Below are positions 29,490 to 46,820 of a DNA stretch of 64,000 bases, in pieces. Position numbers and translations under genes: made by a program. Within the stretch, counting starts at the first letter, position 1. Each line of letters starts with the position of its first letter. The DNA comes from Octopus vulgaris. Its lineage: Eukaryota. The stretch covers positions 152,830,001-152,894,000 of the forward strand of contig OX597814.1 of the NCBI GenBank assembly GCA_951406725.2, in the 5' to 3' direction. The notes beneath the pieces were generated by a model. It ran no database searches. It saw only the letters and a list, made by a program, of their open reading frames with translations, and had not been told where the DNA came from.

Positions 29490-30220
29490 GTATACACAAG
29501 AGGCTTTCCAGAAGATTTTAGACATTTTAAGGAGGGACATTTATTAATTTCAAAGTACAAAACTCTAATCTTCTTCAACATTCCAACCACATTGTGAAGG
29601 TCCCATGGAAGACCTCCAAAGTGAAGGTACACAGGACCCTTGTCACAGCCTCCTTCATTTTCTCAGTGTTTTCAAAATGGCTGTTACTGTGGTTCTTTTC
29701 CATTTTGAGGAGCAACCAAAAGTCACAGGGAGCAAGATCTGGACTGTAGGGAGGTTGAGGAACAGTTTTGGTGCCACCTCTGTCAAGTAGTTGGTTTCCA
29801 CAAGGGAATTGTTGACTCATGCACTGTTCTGATGCATGTGCCATTGACCCGAGTGGGAAAGCTTTAGACTTTTCTGATGAAATCTCTTCCTTAACTCCCT
29901 CAAAACCTTTACATTGTACTCTTTGTAGACTGTCTAGCCAGAGGGAACCTAGTGGATGCAAATGATGCCCTTGCTGTCACAAAAGAAGGGTTATCATGAG
30001 TGTCCCAGTGGATTTCCTTTGCCTGTCCTCTTGTGCCAACAAAAAACAGATTGTTGGTTCATACAAGTTAATCCATAAGCAGTTTGGAGTATTTTTTATG
30101 TTTCTGTAGCATTTTTGCCTAGTTTAACACAAGACTATTGCATAGTGAACTTCCAAATTGTTTTCACATCCTGACTGCATTTTGCAAACTAGTCAGCTGT
30201 GACAAGCAGTGCTTAGCAGA
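29490..30220 (-). mobile_element. Degenerate mariner element
   Basis: ORF 29575..29961 with PQPPYSPDLAPCDFWL (YSPDLAPxD motif). Confidence 0.8.
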
Positions 30221-30299
30221 GTGTGTTAAAAGTGCAGTTACAGCCAGGAACCTTGAGGTGACTCCGATCATGCTAGGATCATTTCCAATCTGTTTTTTT

Positions 30300-32885
<2,586 letters not shown>

Positions 32886-33124
32886 TATCTGGAATGACAA
32901 AAATTGGCAGGTCACCTTATTAGATATATTGTAATGACATTTTAAAATTACAATAATCTAAGACAGTTATAACTGCCTCTCCTAAAATAAGTCTCAAAAC
33001 TTCTGGAATACATCTCTGTATGTATGTATGTGTGTATGTATGTATGTCTGTTTCTCTCTCACAGATGAAAATTTTATATTTTTATTAATACATTGCTACA
33101 TGTGTTTCAGCATTACATGTATTT

Positions 33125-33372
33125 ATGTATATAAGTATACGTGTATGTATATGTGTGTGTGTGTGCATGTATGTGTGTATGCATGCATACATGCTTGTAT
33201 GTGTATGTATGTATGCATGCATGCATGTATGTATGCATGCATGCATGCATGTATGCATGCATGCATGTATGTATGCATGCATACATGTATGTATGTATGC
33301 ATGCATGCATGCATGCATGCATGTATGTATGTATGTATGTATGTATGTATGTATGTATGCATGCATGCATGA
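33125..33372. repeat. (ATGC)n/(ATGT)n microsatellite
   Basis: Visible in sequence. Confidence 0.95.
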
Positions 33373-33705
33373 ATGTATGTGTGTTTGTGCTTGTGATCCC
33401 TTTGTTAGACAACCAGTGTTGACTTGTAATGTAGCAGTCCAACAAAAGAGACCAATACAATAAAGAGCCAACTAAAAAAATAAATACTGGATTGGTTTTT
33501 TTCGACGAAACCCTCCAAGGCAATACCTCAGCATGTCTGCAGACCAATGCCTGAAACAAGTCAAAAGTAATCTAATGTAGCTTGTTAGAAAAAAAATTAC
33601 AGTCTCAAATACAACTGCCATAATCCATGGTGGATTTAATATATGGGCTGCATCCTACAATTATATTTTCTAACTGTTGATCAAATTGCTGTCTATGAGT
33701 GTTTT

Positions 33706-34510
33706 ATAATAATAAAATTATTGTATACAGTGTTCAGGTGCACCACAGCTTGTCAAAAGTACGTATAAAGCATATGCAGTAATGTACAAATGTCTGGGAA
33801 GGGAACAGTGTATGAGTCAGATACACACTTGCGTGTGTATGGAGGGGAGAAAATCCGGTGTAGTGTTGGCAAATCTCAGGAAGCATGAAAGTTTTGAAGG
33901 ATGCAGTGCTCCGACAAATAGCAGCTGATGCCGGCAGTTTGTTCCATACTTCAGCAACTCTTAGCATGAAAAAATGTTTCTGGAAGTCATGGGAGCTGTG
34001 CTGTTTTCTGACTTTGTAAACATGTCCATGGGTGTTAGACAGGTGGAGTTTGAAAAGGTGCTCAGAGTTATTGTTAGTAAGATGGTTAATAATTTTATGG
34101 GTATCTGCCAAGTCAGCTGCCAGACGTTGGAGTTTCAATGTATCCATGTCTAGGGAAGTAAGGCATTCAGAATATGACAAATGCCTGATGGAGGGTATTC
34201 TCTTGCTTGCACGTTGCTGAACGGTTTCCAGACGATTAATATCCTGGGAAAGATAGGGGTTCCAGACTGGTGAGGCTGCACCATAGCTATATAAATTCTC
34301 AGATAGATAGCTGAAGAGCGGCTCACAAAGGACTTGGTAAGTGATGCCAAAACACCCTCATTTTAGCAATGTGTTTCGCCCAACGCAAATCGCTGTTAAC
34401 AACAATGCCCAGGTCGCGTTCACAAGAGGACTTTTTGAGATTAGTGTTGTGGAGGGAGTAAGTAGACGCTGGGTTTTTCCTCCCAAAATGCATGGTGGTA
34501 CATTTGTCAA
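33706..34510 (-). mobile_element. CR1-clade LINE 3' fragment (same family as 3594-4337)
   Basis: ORFs 33734..34180 and 34323..34613 match the CR1 C-terminus. Confidence 0.88.
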
Positions 34511-35644
34511 GTATGTTTGTGCCTAATTTTACTTTCTTTACTATGTCCTCTGTGTCTGCTGTGAAGGATAAAGTACTGTTACATGTAACTTTTGACATTT
34601 TTGTCTTCTGCATGTGTTTAGTTTGTTTATGTTGCTGAGTATAAGGATTGGTTATGTTTGATATATGTGGTTATATCAAATTTAATATTTGGCATTGCTG
34701 GTAAGAAGGAAAATGGTAGATGTTCTAGATACTGTTTTCAGTCTGTTTGTGTGGAGCTATGTTTCTAAGTGGCTAATTGCAATGCTGTTTGTATATGAGG
34801 ATATTTATATATTTTATTCTTTTACTTGTTTCAGTCATTTGACTGTGGCCATGCTGGAGCACCACCTTTAGTCAAGCAAATCGATCGCAGGACTTGTTCT
34901 TTGTAAGCCTAGTACTTATTCTATCGGTTTCTTTTGCTGAACTGCTAAGTTACGGGGATGTAAATACACCAGCATCAGTTGTGAAGTGATGTTGGGGGAA
35001 AAAACACAGACACACAAACATATACACACACATACATATATATATATATACATATATACAACAGGCTTCTTTCAGTTTCCGTCTACCAAATCCACTCACA
35101 AGGCTTTGGTCGGCCCAAGGCTATAGCAGAAGACACTTGCCCAAGGTGCCACACAGTGGGACTGAACCCAGAACCATGTGGTTGGTAAGCAAGCTACTTA
35201 CCACACAGCCACTCCAGAAGTAAAGGAGACTGTGTACATCATCAACGTCTTCATCACTATCATCACTGTATGTCTGCTTTGCCATGCTGGCAAGGGTCGA
35301 AGAGATCGCTATGGATCTAGTCAGTGCATCCTCAGAGGGAGTTATTGCACACTCCCAGACAAGTCTAGGACAATGTCGTGCACTTATTTTTTTATAGGTT
35401 ATATTTTCTACAGTTGGATGCATTTCCTATCACCAACCACTTTACTGAGTGTACCAGATGCCTGTTATCGGGGCATCAGCACTATGGAGATTGTCTTGAT
35501 CCTATAACATCTTGTCTATCGTGCATTGATTCTATTTATTCATTAGCACTAGAGGATTGTGATGAAAGAGTGATGAAAAAGATGAAAGAGTGATGAAAAA
35601 GATGAAAGAGTGATGAAAGAGAATAAAAGGGTGATACAATAGGA

Positions 35645-35809
35645 CAGTGGTTCCCAACCTTTTCACTACCAAGGACCCCTTTTATTTAAATGAGTTTTCC
35701 CATAGACCCCAGGATATTGAAAGGTCTGTCAGCTTAACATGTTCATGGACCCCCAATACTACCTTTGTGGACCACCAGGGGTCCTCGGACCACAAGTTGT
35801 GAACCACTG
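35645..35809. mobile_element. hAT-type MITE
   Basis: TIRs CAGTGGTTCCCAAC / GTTGTGAACCACTG; 8-bp TSD CAATAGGA / CAATAAGA. Confidence 0.8.
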
Positions 35810-38645
35810 CAATAAGAAGTAAAAGAAGAGAAAGAGAGTGATAGGAACAAGACAATAATAAAAGAAAGTGGGTGAAGGGGAAGAAAGAGAAAAGACAGAG
35901 GTGAGGAGAAAAAGAGAGAGAGAGAGGATGGAGGTAAGGAGAGAGAGAAAGAGAGACAGTGAAAGTAAAGATGTATGATGGTAACAGATTGGAAGTGATA
36001 AAAAAGGAGAGTAATAGGCATGAAAGAAAGTAATGGCTAGCAATAAAGGAATCACGGTGAGTTGGGTATTGAATTCAAAAATTCAGTGCTGTCCTTCATT
36101 ACACAGGCAGTATGATGAGAGAGGGGTATATTAACAGGAGAGGGTGTGACTGATAGACAAGCAAAACAGAGAGGGAGAGCAATGTATAAAAATTTAATAT
36201 GAACATGATGGTTAAGAGAGTTCTGAATCTAGATATTCTTTTCTCCTCTAGACACAAGGTCAGTCGATTAGACTGACCCCAACACACAACTGGTACTTAA
36301 TTTATTGACCCCGAAAGGATGAAAGGCAAAGTTGACCTCAGCAGAATGTGAACTTAGAACGTAAAGACAGACGAAATACCACTAAGCATTTCGCCTGGTG
36401 TGCTAACATTTCTGCCAGCTCGCTGCCTTGTTCTAAATCTAAATATAATACATTCTACTCTCCATAAACACCACCATCTTCATTTTTACATCTGTTTTCC
36501 ATGCATGCATTGGTTGGGTTGTGTCATTTCTGACATGGCTCTTCACAACAGATAAGTGAACAGGTCTCTGTGGTACACAATTTGGGAAATTTCAGAGTCT
36601 AGATGCATTGCTATTGAAAGTAGGCTTGGTGCGATAAGAGGTTGTTGGATAGTCAATGGTTTGTGTTCTTAAGGAGGTTTTAAGTGCTTTGTTTTTAATA
36701 GGGAACCTTCATATAATCACTTGACCAGCTGTTATAAAGAAACCAATTCTCCCTTTAAGCCAGACCCTTTTGTTTTAAAAAAAATGGAGGATATACTAGA
36801 TAAATATATTTTGCATATATTATGCCAGGAAAAATACATAGTTGGAATATTAGTTACAAGATGGAAAAAAAAACTAAAATACAGTATAATTTAATGTTTA
36901 AGTTACTTATAATTCAGGCAATGCCAGCTATTTTCTTGCTGGTATCATCACACACACACATGCATGTGCAGGCACACATACACACACACATGCATACACA
37001 CATGCAGGTGCAGGCACACACACATGTATGCACACGCATGCATGCATGCGCACAAACACACACACACACACACACACACAATGTGTCTCTTTCTCTTTCT
37101 GTTTACTGAATCCATTTACATGGCTTTGGTCAGCTTGGAGCTATACTAGAAGACATCGATGCCCCTGAATGTGATTGATGCCAGGACCGCCTGACTGGCC
37201 CCCATGCCGGTGGTATGTAAAAAGCACTATCCAAATCTAACCGATGCCAGTACCACCTGACTGGCTCTCGTGCCAGTAGCACGTAAAAAGTACTTTATGA
37301 ACGTGATCGATGCCAGGCTTGCATGACTGGCACCTGTGCTGTTGGCACATAAAAGGCATCCACTACACTCTTGAAGTGGTTGGTGTTAGGAAGGGCATCC
37401 AGCTGTAGAAACATTACCAGATCAGATTGGAGCCTGGTGCAGCCACTGGCTCTCCAGACCACAGTCAAACCGTCTAACCCATGCCAGCATGGAAAGTGGA
37501 CATTAAACGATAATGATGATGATGATGATGAAGGTGCAGTAAAGTGGGACTGAACCTGAAGCAACGCAGTTGGAAAGCAAGCTTCTTAACCATATTGCCA
37601 TGCCTGTACCTTGTTATGTAAATAATGTTTTATCTTCCACCTTTGTGCATTAGCATGTATTAAAGAGGTTAGCGATATGGTATATTCCCTTTTTATATTA
37701 ATCATCTATCATCTCATCTGTAAGGCTCAATCTTTTCATACTTTCAGGACTTGCATAGTCTATCAGTACCAAAACATTCCATGTAAAATGCATTAGGATT
37801 TGGAAAAAAGGGTAGTAATGCTTGAATATTTATGCTACATGTAAAACGCATGAGGATTTAGAAAGTGGGTAATGATGTTTGAATATTCATGCTACATGTT
37901 TGCACTATATACCATGTTGACTTGTATGCCAGAAAATGCAGAACATTTTGCACTCAGTGTTCTTCATTTGAAGAACTTTTGTTGCTTACAGATACAGCAA
38001 TGCTGTGAAGTATAATGTAAGCCATAATGATGTCACTTGTTCTTTCATAGATAATAACTAGGATACACAGCTAGCTAGCTGGCTGACTGGCCGGCTCATT
38101 TAATTTATCTCTACTTGCACTGCTCAAATACGCATTTTCATTGATAAAAACACTTTACATCAGATGTGACCCCATCAAATAAACTCTTTGGCTTGTGAAA
38201 AACACTTGAAAATCTGTTAACAATATTCCTTTGAATTCATTGTTATCTTTAGGCACATCAGTTTTATATCCAGCAACCACTCCAATCTGTCTCTACTTGT
38301 AACATATTTAATACATTGTTACCACTACTTGAGAAAGCTACTCTTTCTTCTCTTTAAAAAAAAAAAAATCGAGAGAGACAGGCTTAGGTTTGGTTTGCCT
38401 GTTATTTTAATTTTATTATTATCATATCTTGTGTAGAAATCTGACCTCAATATATATCATTTATTTCATCGACCTTGCTAACAGCAGCTGTAACAGCTTG
38501 TTACCACTACATTATTGGTATATTATCATACTTCACTTATACAAGCTTTCCTCTTTATCTGTTTCTATACTCTTTGGGTAGAATCTAATCCTGCAGCAAA
38601 TATTCCTTGACCTTTGCTTTGGTTACACTCCACCATTATATCATT

Positions 38646-38698
<53 letters not shown>

Positions 38699-39349
38699 TT
38701 TCATCATCTCCATCATTCTTTTAATGTTTTATTTTTCCATGCTTGCATGGGACTACTTTGGGGGCAAAGTTTTCTATAGCTTGATGCACCAATCCTTGCC
38801 TCTTTCGAAGCAACATAATAATCTTCCAGACTATTGAACAACAAACGGCCCAGATATGCTTTTGTCATGAGCTCCTAACAAACAACACAGCCTGTACAAA
38901 CAGTGATGTGTTTGTTTACACAAACAATGAATGCATGTGAAGATGAGGGGATATATGAACTCACTCACACAAACTCACGCACGTTTTTTCACACCCAACA
39001 TAGTGTATCTAAGACTGCATATTTAATGTGTCTTTCTTCCCCTCTTTAAAAAAATCAGTAAGGTTTGATTCGAAGGAAGTTTTGGCTGCTATTTCTAACT
39101 GATTCAGTAACTGTTCATCATACATACATGCATGCATGCATACATACGTACATGCATACATACATACATACATACATACATACATACATACATACATACA
39201 TACATACATACATACATACATACATACATACACACATACATATTGTGAACTCGTCTCCTTAATCTGGGAATCAGGATCAGTCCCACGGGAGTTTAAAGAC
39301 ACTTCTATTATCCATCTTTATATGCACAAAGACAACAAATGTGAATGCA

Positions 39350-40055
39350 ACATCATCATCATCATCATGGTTTAACGTCTGTTTTCCATGCTGGCATGAG
39401 TTGGATGGTTTGACTGAAGTCTGGAGAGCCAGCAGCTGCACCAGGCTCCAATCTGATCTGGCAATGTTTCTACATCTGTATGCACTTCCCAATACCAACC
39501 ACTCTGAGAGTGTAGTGGGTGCTTTTTACATGCCTGCAGCATGGAAGCCAGTCAGGTGGCCCTAATGTCAATCACATTTGGATAGTGCTTTTTACATGCC
39601 ACTGGCATGGGAGCCAATCAGGGGGCACTAGCATTGGCTATGTTCGGATGGTGCTTTTTACATGCCACCAGCATGGGAGCCAGTCAGGGGGCACTGACCA
39701 TAACTACGATTTTGGTTTCACTTGACTCAATAGGTCTTCTCAAGCATATATCATATCGCCCGACACATAAAGGATACTCTTAAATGGGTCAGATATGCGA
39801 CACTAGTATTGGCCATGACTGCGATCTCACTTTAGTTGCTGGGTCTTCTCAATCACAGCATATCTCCAAAGGTCTCGGTCTCCTGTCATTGTCTCTGTGA
39901 GGCCCAACATTCGAAGGTCATGCTTCACCACCTCATCCCATGTCTTCCTGGGTCTACCCCTTCCACAGGTTCATTCCACTGTTAGAGTGTGGCACTTCCT
40001 CACACAGCTGTTCTCATTCATACATAACACATGACCATACCAGTGCAGTCGTCTC
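39350..40055 (-). mobile_element. RTE LINE 3' end with sub-repeated 3' UTR and (GAT)n tail
   Basis: Minus strand encodes RLHWYGHV...GRGRPRKTW, then GGCA(C/T)GTAAAAAGCACC sub-repeats and the tail. Confidence 0.7.
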
Positions 40056-40642
40056 ATTCCATGAAGTAATATCCTTGCTATATCACTGTACACACCAAGC
40101 AACTAACTACATAATCATGAGTTCAGATCATACTATAAACAGGTCATTGCACCCTTGATCTAAGAACCTGCCTTTCTCTACTTTATATAGCTTAAACAAA
40201 AAGACAAGGGAGTGAACTGGTAGAACTGTTAGCACATCAGACAAAATGTTTAGCAGTATTTCTTCTAGTTCTTTTTGTTCTGAGTTCAAATCCCACTAAA
40301 GTCAACTGTGCCTTTAATCCCTTCAGGGTTAGTAAAATAAAATACAAGTGCTGGGATTGAAGTAATTGACTTGTCCCCGGCTCTCAAAATTGTTGGCCTT
40401 CAATCCTGTAATGGATCAGGGTCCATTTAGAGGGAACATTGTGATCTCGATCATTTATACACCATGCCCTTCCTGTAGTCAACTCTCACCTGTTTCCCAG
40501 CAATATCATATTTCTCCATGGCCAGACATGTTTTCACAAAATATTGGAAATGAAGGACACTGCATGTGTGAAAATGACTCTCATTTACAACTATCATGCA
40601 ATGTCAAGACAAAGAAACACAAATATACACGCACGCATGCAC

Positions 40643-40674
<32 letters not shown>

Positions 40675-40845
40675 GTGTGTGTCTGTGCAATGGTCTTTAA
40701 GTTTCCATTTATCAAATCCACTCAAGGGTTTAGTCAGCCTGGGACTGTAGTAGAAGACACTTGCTCAAGGTGCCATGCATTGGGATTAAACAAAGAACCA
40801 TGTTGTTGGGAAGCAAATTTCTTCACCACACAGCTATGCTTATAC

Positions 40846-40896
<51 letters not shown>

Positions 40897-42386
40897 ATAA
40901 GGCTTCATTTCCACACATGCCAGGTTAATTCAATTCGTCCTTAGTTGAAAGACACTTGTTGCTATGTCCTGTTATTATTTTTATTGTATTTATATTTGTG
41001 TAACATTGTCCGTTTTTCCGTCCTTGTTTTTGTATACATTCACTGCTTTCTTCCAAGGAATCTAATGCTCTTAGCTTAGTTTTTCCTTGGGGATGGCCAG
41101 ATTGGAGCAATCTCAAGAATAATCAGCTGAAATTGCGAGGATAATCTGGTGCTTGACTGAAGAAAGAAAACTTCGAATGACCTGTCCTTGTTTTCTTTGT
41201 ATCGTGTATCTGGATGTTTTTTGTCCCTTTTTGTATCAACTAGCTGTCCAAATGATTTGCATTCTTGTCCCATTTTGTATTTTGTATTTCATATATATAT
41301 ATATAAAGTTAATCCAAACAAGAAAGCACAAAAAAACACAACAACGTGAGGATGTGGAACAAATATAGTATTATTGGATGCTAAGGAAAGAAGGAGGGTT
41401 TAACGTTTCGAGTGGAGCTCTTCGTCGGAAAGATCCAGAGGAGGGAAGACAGAGGAAAAAGAATCGCCAACGGTACACACGAGGTCACATTTTGAAATAT
41501 ATATATATAGAGAGAGAGAGAGAGGGGTGGGGAGATATCAAGCTTCTGAAGAAGTTCTTTTATAAAATTCCACTCACAAAATATCGGTCAACTCTACAAC
41601 TCAAAGCTTTAGCAGAAGGCAGTATCTACATCGTACGATGTAATAAAGACCAAATATGGAACAATAGGTTTGTAAAATGGTCTTCTTAATCACACAGCCA
41701 AGTGCTATATGTTAAAATTGAACAAACTATTGTAAATAAATCATTATGAGCTCTTTCAACAAATCATCATAATACCCACCTCCACAACTGTTATACACCT
41801 CTATGTTTATACCAGATGTTTCACTGTCTTCTTAATTGATTTATTTTTCTTTTAGCATGTGTGTGTGTGTGTGTATGTAAAAAGTCACAAAAATAATATA
41901 AATCAATGACAGAGCTATTGTCATGATATTCTTTGTGCAATAAGCACAAGGTCTGAAATATCTCCACGTCTCTGAATACTTGCTTAATATTTAAATATTC
42001 AGAAGGCATTGGGCTGGCAGAACAGGGTGAGCAATGGTCAAAATTCTTTATGGTATTTTGTTATATAAGTTTATACATTTAGTTTAAATCTAGCTAAGGT
42101 CAATGTCTTCATCCTTTTGAGATTGATAAAATAAATACCAATCAAATACTAGATTTAATCCTCTTTCTCTGCCATCTTTCCTTAAAGTAGTGGCCATGTA
42201 TTTATATTTGAATGCTCTTAAAAGTTGTTAAAAAATATATATTAGAAACAGAGGTAGTATTAATATTTAGAAGTTATATTTATTTCCACTTAAATGTGAA
42301 TATTCATTAGAACAAACTATACTGCAGTAGATACCATGAGAAAAACTCTCATATAGGCTTTTGGTGCAAAAAGCATGCTTGCTTAT

Positions 42387-42387
<1 letters not shown>

Positions 42388-42421
<34 letters not shown>

Positions 42422-42918
42422 AATTATTGTATACAGTGCTCAGGTGCACCACAACTTGTCAAAAGTGCATATAAAGCATATGCAGTAATGTACAAATGTC
42501 TGGAAAGTGAACAGTGTATGAGTCAGATACATACTTGCGTGTGTATGGAGGGGAGAAAATCAGGTTTAGTGTTGACGAATCTCAGGAAGCATGGAAGTTT
42601 TGAAGGATGAAGTGCTCCGACAAATAGCAACTGATGCCAGCAGTTTGTTCCATACTTCAGCAACTCTTAGCGGGAAAAAATGTTTCCGAAAGTCATGGGA
42701 GCTGTGCTGTTTTCTGACTTTGTAAACATGTCCATGGGTGTTAGACAGGTGGAGTTTGAAAATGTGCTCAGAGTTATTGTTAGTAAGATGGTTAATAATT
42801 TTATGGGTGTCTGCCAAGTCAGCTGCCAGATGTCGGAGTTTCAATGTATCCATGCCCAGGGAAGTAAGGCATTCAGAATATGGCAAATGCCTGATGGAGG
42901 GTATTCTCTTCGTTGCAA
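42388..42918 (-). mobile_element. CR1-clade LINE 3' fragment
   Basis: ORF 42566..42934 matches 3631..4194; (TAA)n tail. Confidence 0.88.
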
Positions 42919-43526
42919 CTTTACTTGACCTCATCAGTGATGAATGCTTGACTGCTAGAGATAGCAGTGACTCACCCTGCCAGTGATGTATAGAAAATCA
43001 GTACGTGAACAGTCACTGATGTTGCAATTAGCCAGTGAGCTTGTTAAAAAATATATATTAGTAAAAGAGGCAATATTTATTCCCACTCAAATGGGGATGT
43101 TCTGTTAAAACAAACTTTACTGTAGTAGATACCAAGAGAGAAACTCTCATATGGGCTTTTGGTGCAGAATACATGCTTGTTTATATCACTAGCAGGAAGA
43201 CAAATCCCCACCATCACCAGTGCCGAGACCACCAGTTAATGTGATTTCAACCTTTTTAAAAGTTTGTCTCAGTAAAGATTACTGTGATTAAAATAAATAA
43301 GTATTGTTAAGTCAATTGCATTTCTGTTTTATCACATTGTATAAAATGTTTGAAATGTTAAAATCATTATTCTCCACTCCTAACAAAACCCAGTTAACTG
43401 TTTATTTCCTGCCTAGCATAGGAAAATCTAAACTCTTTTGAAAGCTATCACTTTGTTCTGTCTGGCAAGCTTTTTAGTAGACAGACAAAAAATGAAATAC
43501 ACATCTCTCTCCTCTCTCTCTTTTTC

Positions 43527-43590
<64 letters not shown>

Positions 43591-43599
43591 TAAATTGAG

Positions 43600-44190
43600 T
43601 ATAAGTGGCATCAGCTGTAAGTGTGCAGGAGAGAAGACTGTGCTGGTATGGCCACATGAATCAGATGGACAAGGACAGCTGCATAAAGAAGTGCCAATAT
43701 CTAATTGTGGAACCTGTGGAAGAGGTAGACCCAGGAAGATGTAGACGAGGTGGTGAAACATGATTATTGGATGTTGAGTCTCACAGAGGCGATGACAAAT
43801 GAACAAAACTTCTGGTGAATTTCTGTACTTGAGAAGACATGTCAGGCTAAGTGAAATCATGGTCCTGGTTACTGCTGGTGATGCATGAAAGGCACCCATG
43901 CTGGCAACACATAAAACACATAAAAGGTACCTGTGCTAGGGACATGTTAAAGGCACCCACGTTGGTGACATGTAAATGGCACCCATGCCAATGACACATA
44001 AAAGGCATGCATACTGGTTACATGTAAAAGGTACCAAGTACACTCTGTGGAGTGGGTTGATGTTAGGAAGGGCATCCAACCATAGAAACCAAGCCAAAAT
44101 TAGACAAGCACCTGATGCAGCTCTCTGGCTTACCATCTCCAGTCAAACTGAGTAACCCATACCAGAAAATGGACATCAAATGATGATGAT
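43600..44190 (+). mobile_element. RTE LINE 3' end (same family as 39350-40055)
   Basis: RRLCWYGH...GTCGRGRPRK coding remnant, GGCAC sub-repeats, GGAAGGGCATCC motif, GAT tail. Confidence 0.7.
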
Positions 44191-45464
44191 ATATAGATAT
44201 GTATTGGTGCAGACAGGGGCATGTGGTAAGAAGCATGGTTCTGAGTTCAGTCCAACTTCTTGGCACTTTGGGCAAGTGTCTTCTACTATAGCCTCAGGCT
44301 GGCCAAAGCCTTGTGAGTGGATTTGGTGGATGTAAACTGAAAGAAACTTACATTATTTACATTCGACAGATATTTTTCCTCATCTTGTTTGTTGTTAACC
44401 CAGAACTGAAAACGAATAAATTAATCCAAGAATTGTTATTTCTTGGTCCACTGCTTTCTGTCATTTCCTTTATATGATAATATGCAAATAAAAAGAAAAT
44501 AATAAGAGCACTCAGAGAGCACAAACCTCTGCTGAGGCAACACCAACATCCTCTCAACAATTAGCTGGAGATGATTTTTAAAATGAGAATATTTGAAATA
44601 AACTCGACTGCTCTCACAAATGAGAATACTGAAAACGAAACCGACCACTCTCAAAAATTAAGTAAAAAAAAAAGGAAGAATAATCCAGAGTCCTTGTCTG
44701 GTACCTGATTGATCCCAAAATCTAATCAGTTTGTGCCAGTCATGAGGCCAAACATCCCTGAAAGTTTCATCTGAATCCATCCAGTGGTTCTTGAGATATC
44801 TTGTCCACGGACACACAGACAAACACAACTGAAAACAATACCTCCGCCTTAGTGAAGACGGAGGTAATAATTCTTTCTATTATAAGCACAAGGCCTGAAA
44901 TTTGGGGGAGAGGTTTAGTCAATTATATTGATCCCAGTGCTCAGCAGGTACTTGTTTTATTAATCCTGAAAAGCAGAAAGGCAAAGTTGACCTTGGCAGA
45001 ATTTCAACCGAGAGCATAAAGCCCGAAAAAAATGCCACTAAGCACTTTGTTTGATATGCTAATGATCCTACCTTCTTGCAACCTTAATCATCACCATCAT
45101 CATCATCATTGTCATCGTTTAGTGTCCATTTTCCATGCTGGCATGGGTTAGACGGTTTGACTGGAACTGGTAATCCAGAGAGCTGCATCAGGTTCCAGTA
45201 TGGTTTGGCATGGTTGCTAAGGTTAGATGCCCTTCCTAAAGCCAACCACTCCAAGAGTGTAGTGAGTGCCTTTTACATGTCATTGGCATGGGTGACTTTT
45301 ATATGTCACTAGCCACAACAACACTTTCTCTTGATAATAACTCACAATTTCTGATCTTAACTGATTAGAAGTGTTATCATGTGCCTGTTATGTCTTGGTA
45401 GAAAAGATGGGTTACAGCAAATATTCTGCCAATACCACAGAATTGCATGCCCTGATGCAGTACC

Positions 45465-45698
45465 TATTTCTTTACTACCCACAAGGGGCTAGACACAGAG
45501 AGGACAAACAAGGACAGACAAACGGATGAAGTCGATTATATCGACCCCAGTGCGTAACTGGTACTTATTTAATCAACCCCAAAAGGATGAAAGGCAAAGT
45601 CGACCTCAGCAGAATTTGAACTCAGAACGTAGCGGCAGACGAAATACCGCTAAGCATTTCGCCCAGCATGCTAACGTTTCTGCCAGCTCGCTGCCTTA
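45465..45698 (-). mobile_element. SINE family 1 with TSD
   Basis: 12-bp TSD TGATGCAGTACC (45453-45464, 45699-45710). Confidence 0.85.
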
Positions 45699-46399
45699 TG
45701 ATGCAGTACCAGGCAGTGACTCTCATGGCTTCTGATCTTGACTGATTGGAAATGTTATCATGTACAGCATTTTGCCCAGCGAGCTAACGATTCTTCCAGC
45801 TCACTACCTTTGTGTCGTATATAATAAAAATTTTATAGGTTGTTCAGATATATAAAACCATTGGCTCAGTCTTATACAAAGAAAATCTTTATAAGCATTT
45901 TTTGTTTAATATAATTGTATCATAGTAATGTATTGTAGCAATTAAAAACAAACCTAAGTTACACCATTGTCGTCGCTGCCACCACCATCCTTGTTGTCAT
46001 TGTAGTCTTGTCATCATTGTCATTGTCATTTAATATTTGTTTTCTATGCTGGCATGGGTTGATTGTTTCGAAGCACTATATATTTATTAGGTGTCAAAGT
46101 ATTTTATTGTATGTTTACCACATAATTATTGTTATTCTATTTCACTGTAGGGTATTGAAATACTGTTTCTTAATAATATATATTATAATCACAAAATAAT
46201 AATAAAGTATGAGAGTGAATACATTAGTGTTTATGGGAGTTTTAATGGGTATAGTGATTCTACCATGATCTCTTAGTCCTAGTACACAATTCCAAGTGAA
46301 ATCTCTTGTAAAACATAAGCAACTAAGAAAAATTTCTTTGAAGGATTTTTTTTTTACATTTCTTATATGTCTTTTTGATTGGTTAATAGTATAAATGTA

Positions 46400-46820
46400 T
46401 CGTTACCAGCGTTGCCTGACTGGCACTTGTGCCTGTGCTAGTAGGGTGCCAAGAGCACCCTCCGAGCATGATCATTGCCAGAGTGGCCAACTGGCTTCCA
46501 TGCCGGTGGCACATTAAAAAACACCATTCGAGCGTGATTGTTACCAATGTTGCCTTACTGGCACCTGTGCCGGTGGCTTGTGTAAAAAGATTCGAGTGAG
46601 GTCATTGCTAGTACCGCCTGACCGGCGCCCATGCCAGTGGCACATAAAAAGCACCCACTATAGTCTCGGAGTGGTTGGCATTATGAAGGGCATCCAGCTG
46701 TAGAAACTCTGCCAGATCAAGATTGGAGCCTGGTGCAGCCATCTGGTTTGCCAGCTCTCAGTCAAAATCGTCCAACCCATGCTAGCATGGAAAGCAGACG
46801 TTAAATGATGATGATGATGT
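46400..46820 (+). mobile_element. (GAT)n-tailed RTE-3'UTR/SINE-like repeat (family 3)
   Basis: Same sequence as about 12630-12790, 23310-23710, 24170-24452, 27703-27885, 37165-37530, 57595-57715. Confidence 0.75.
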
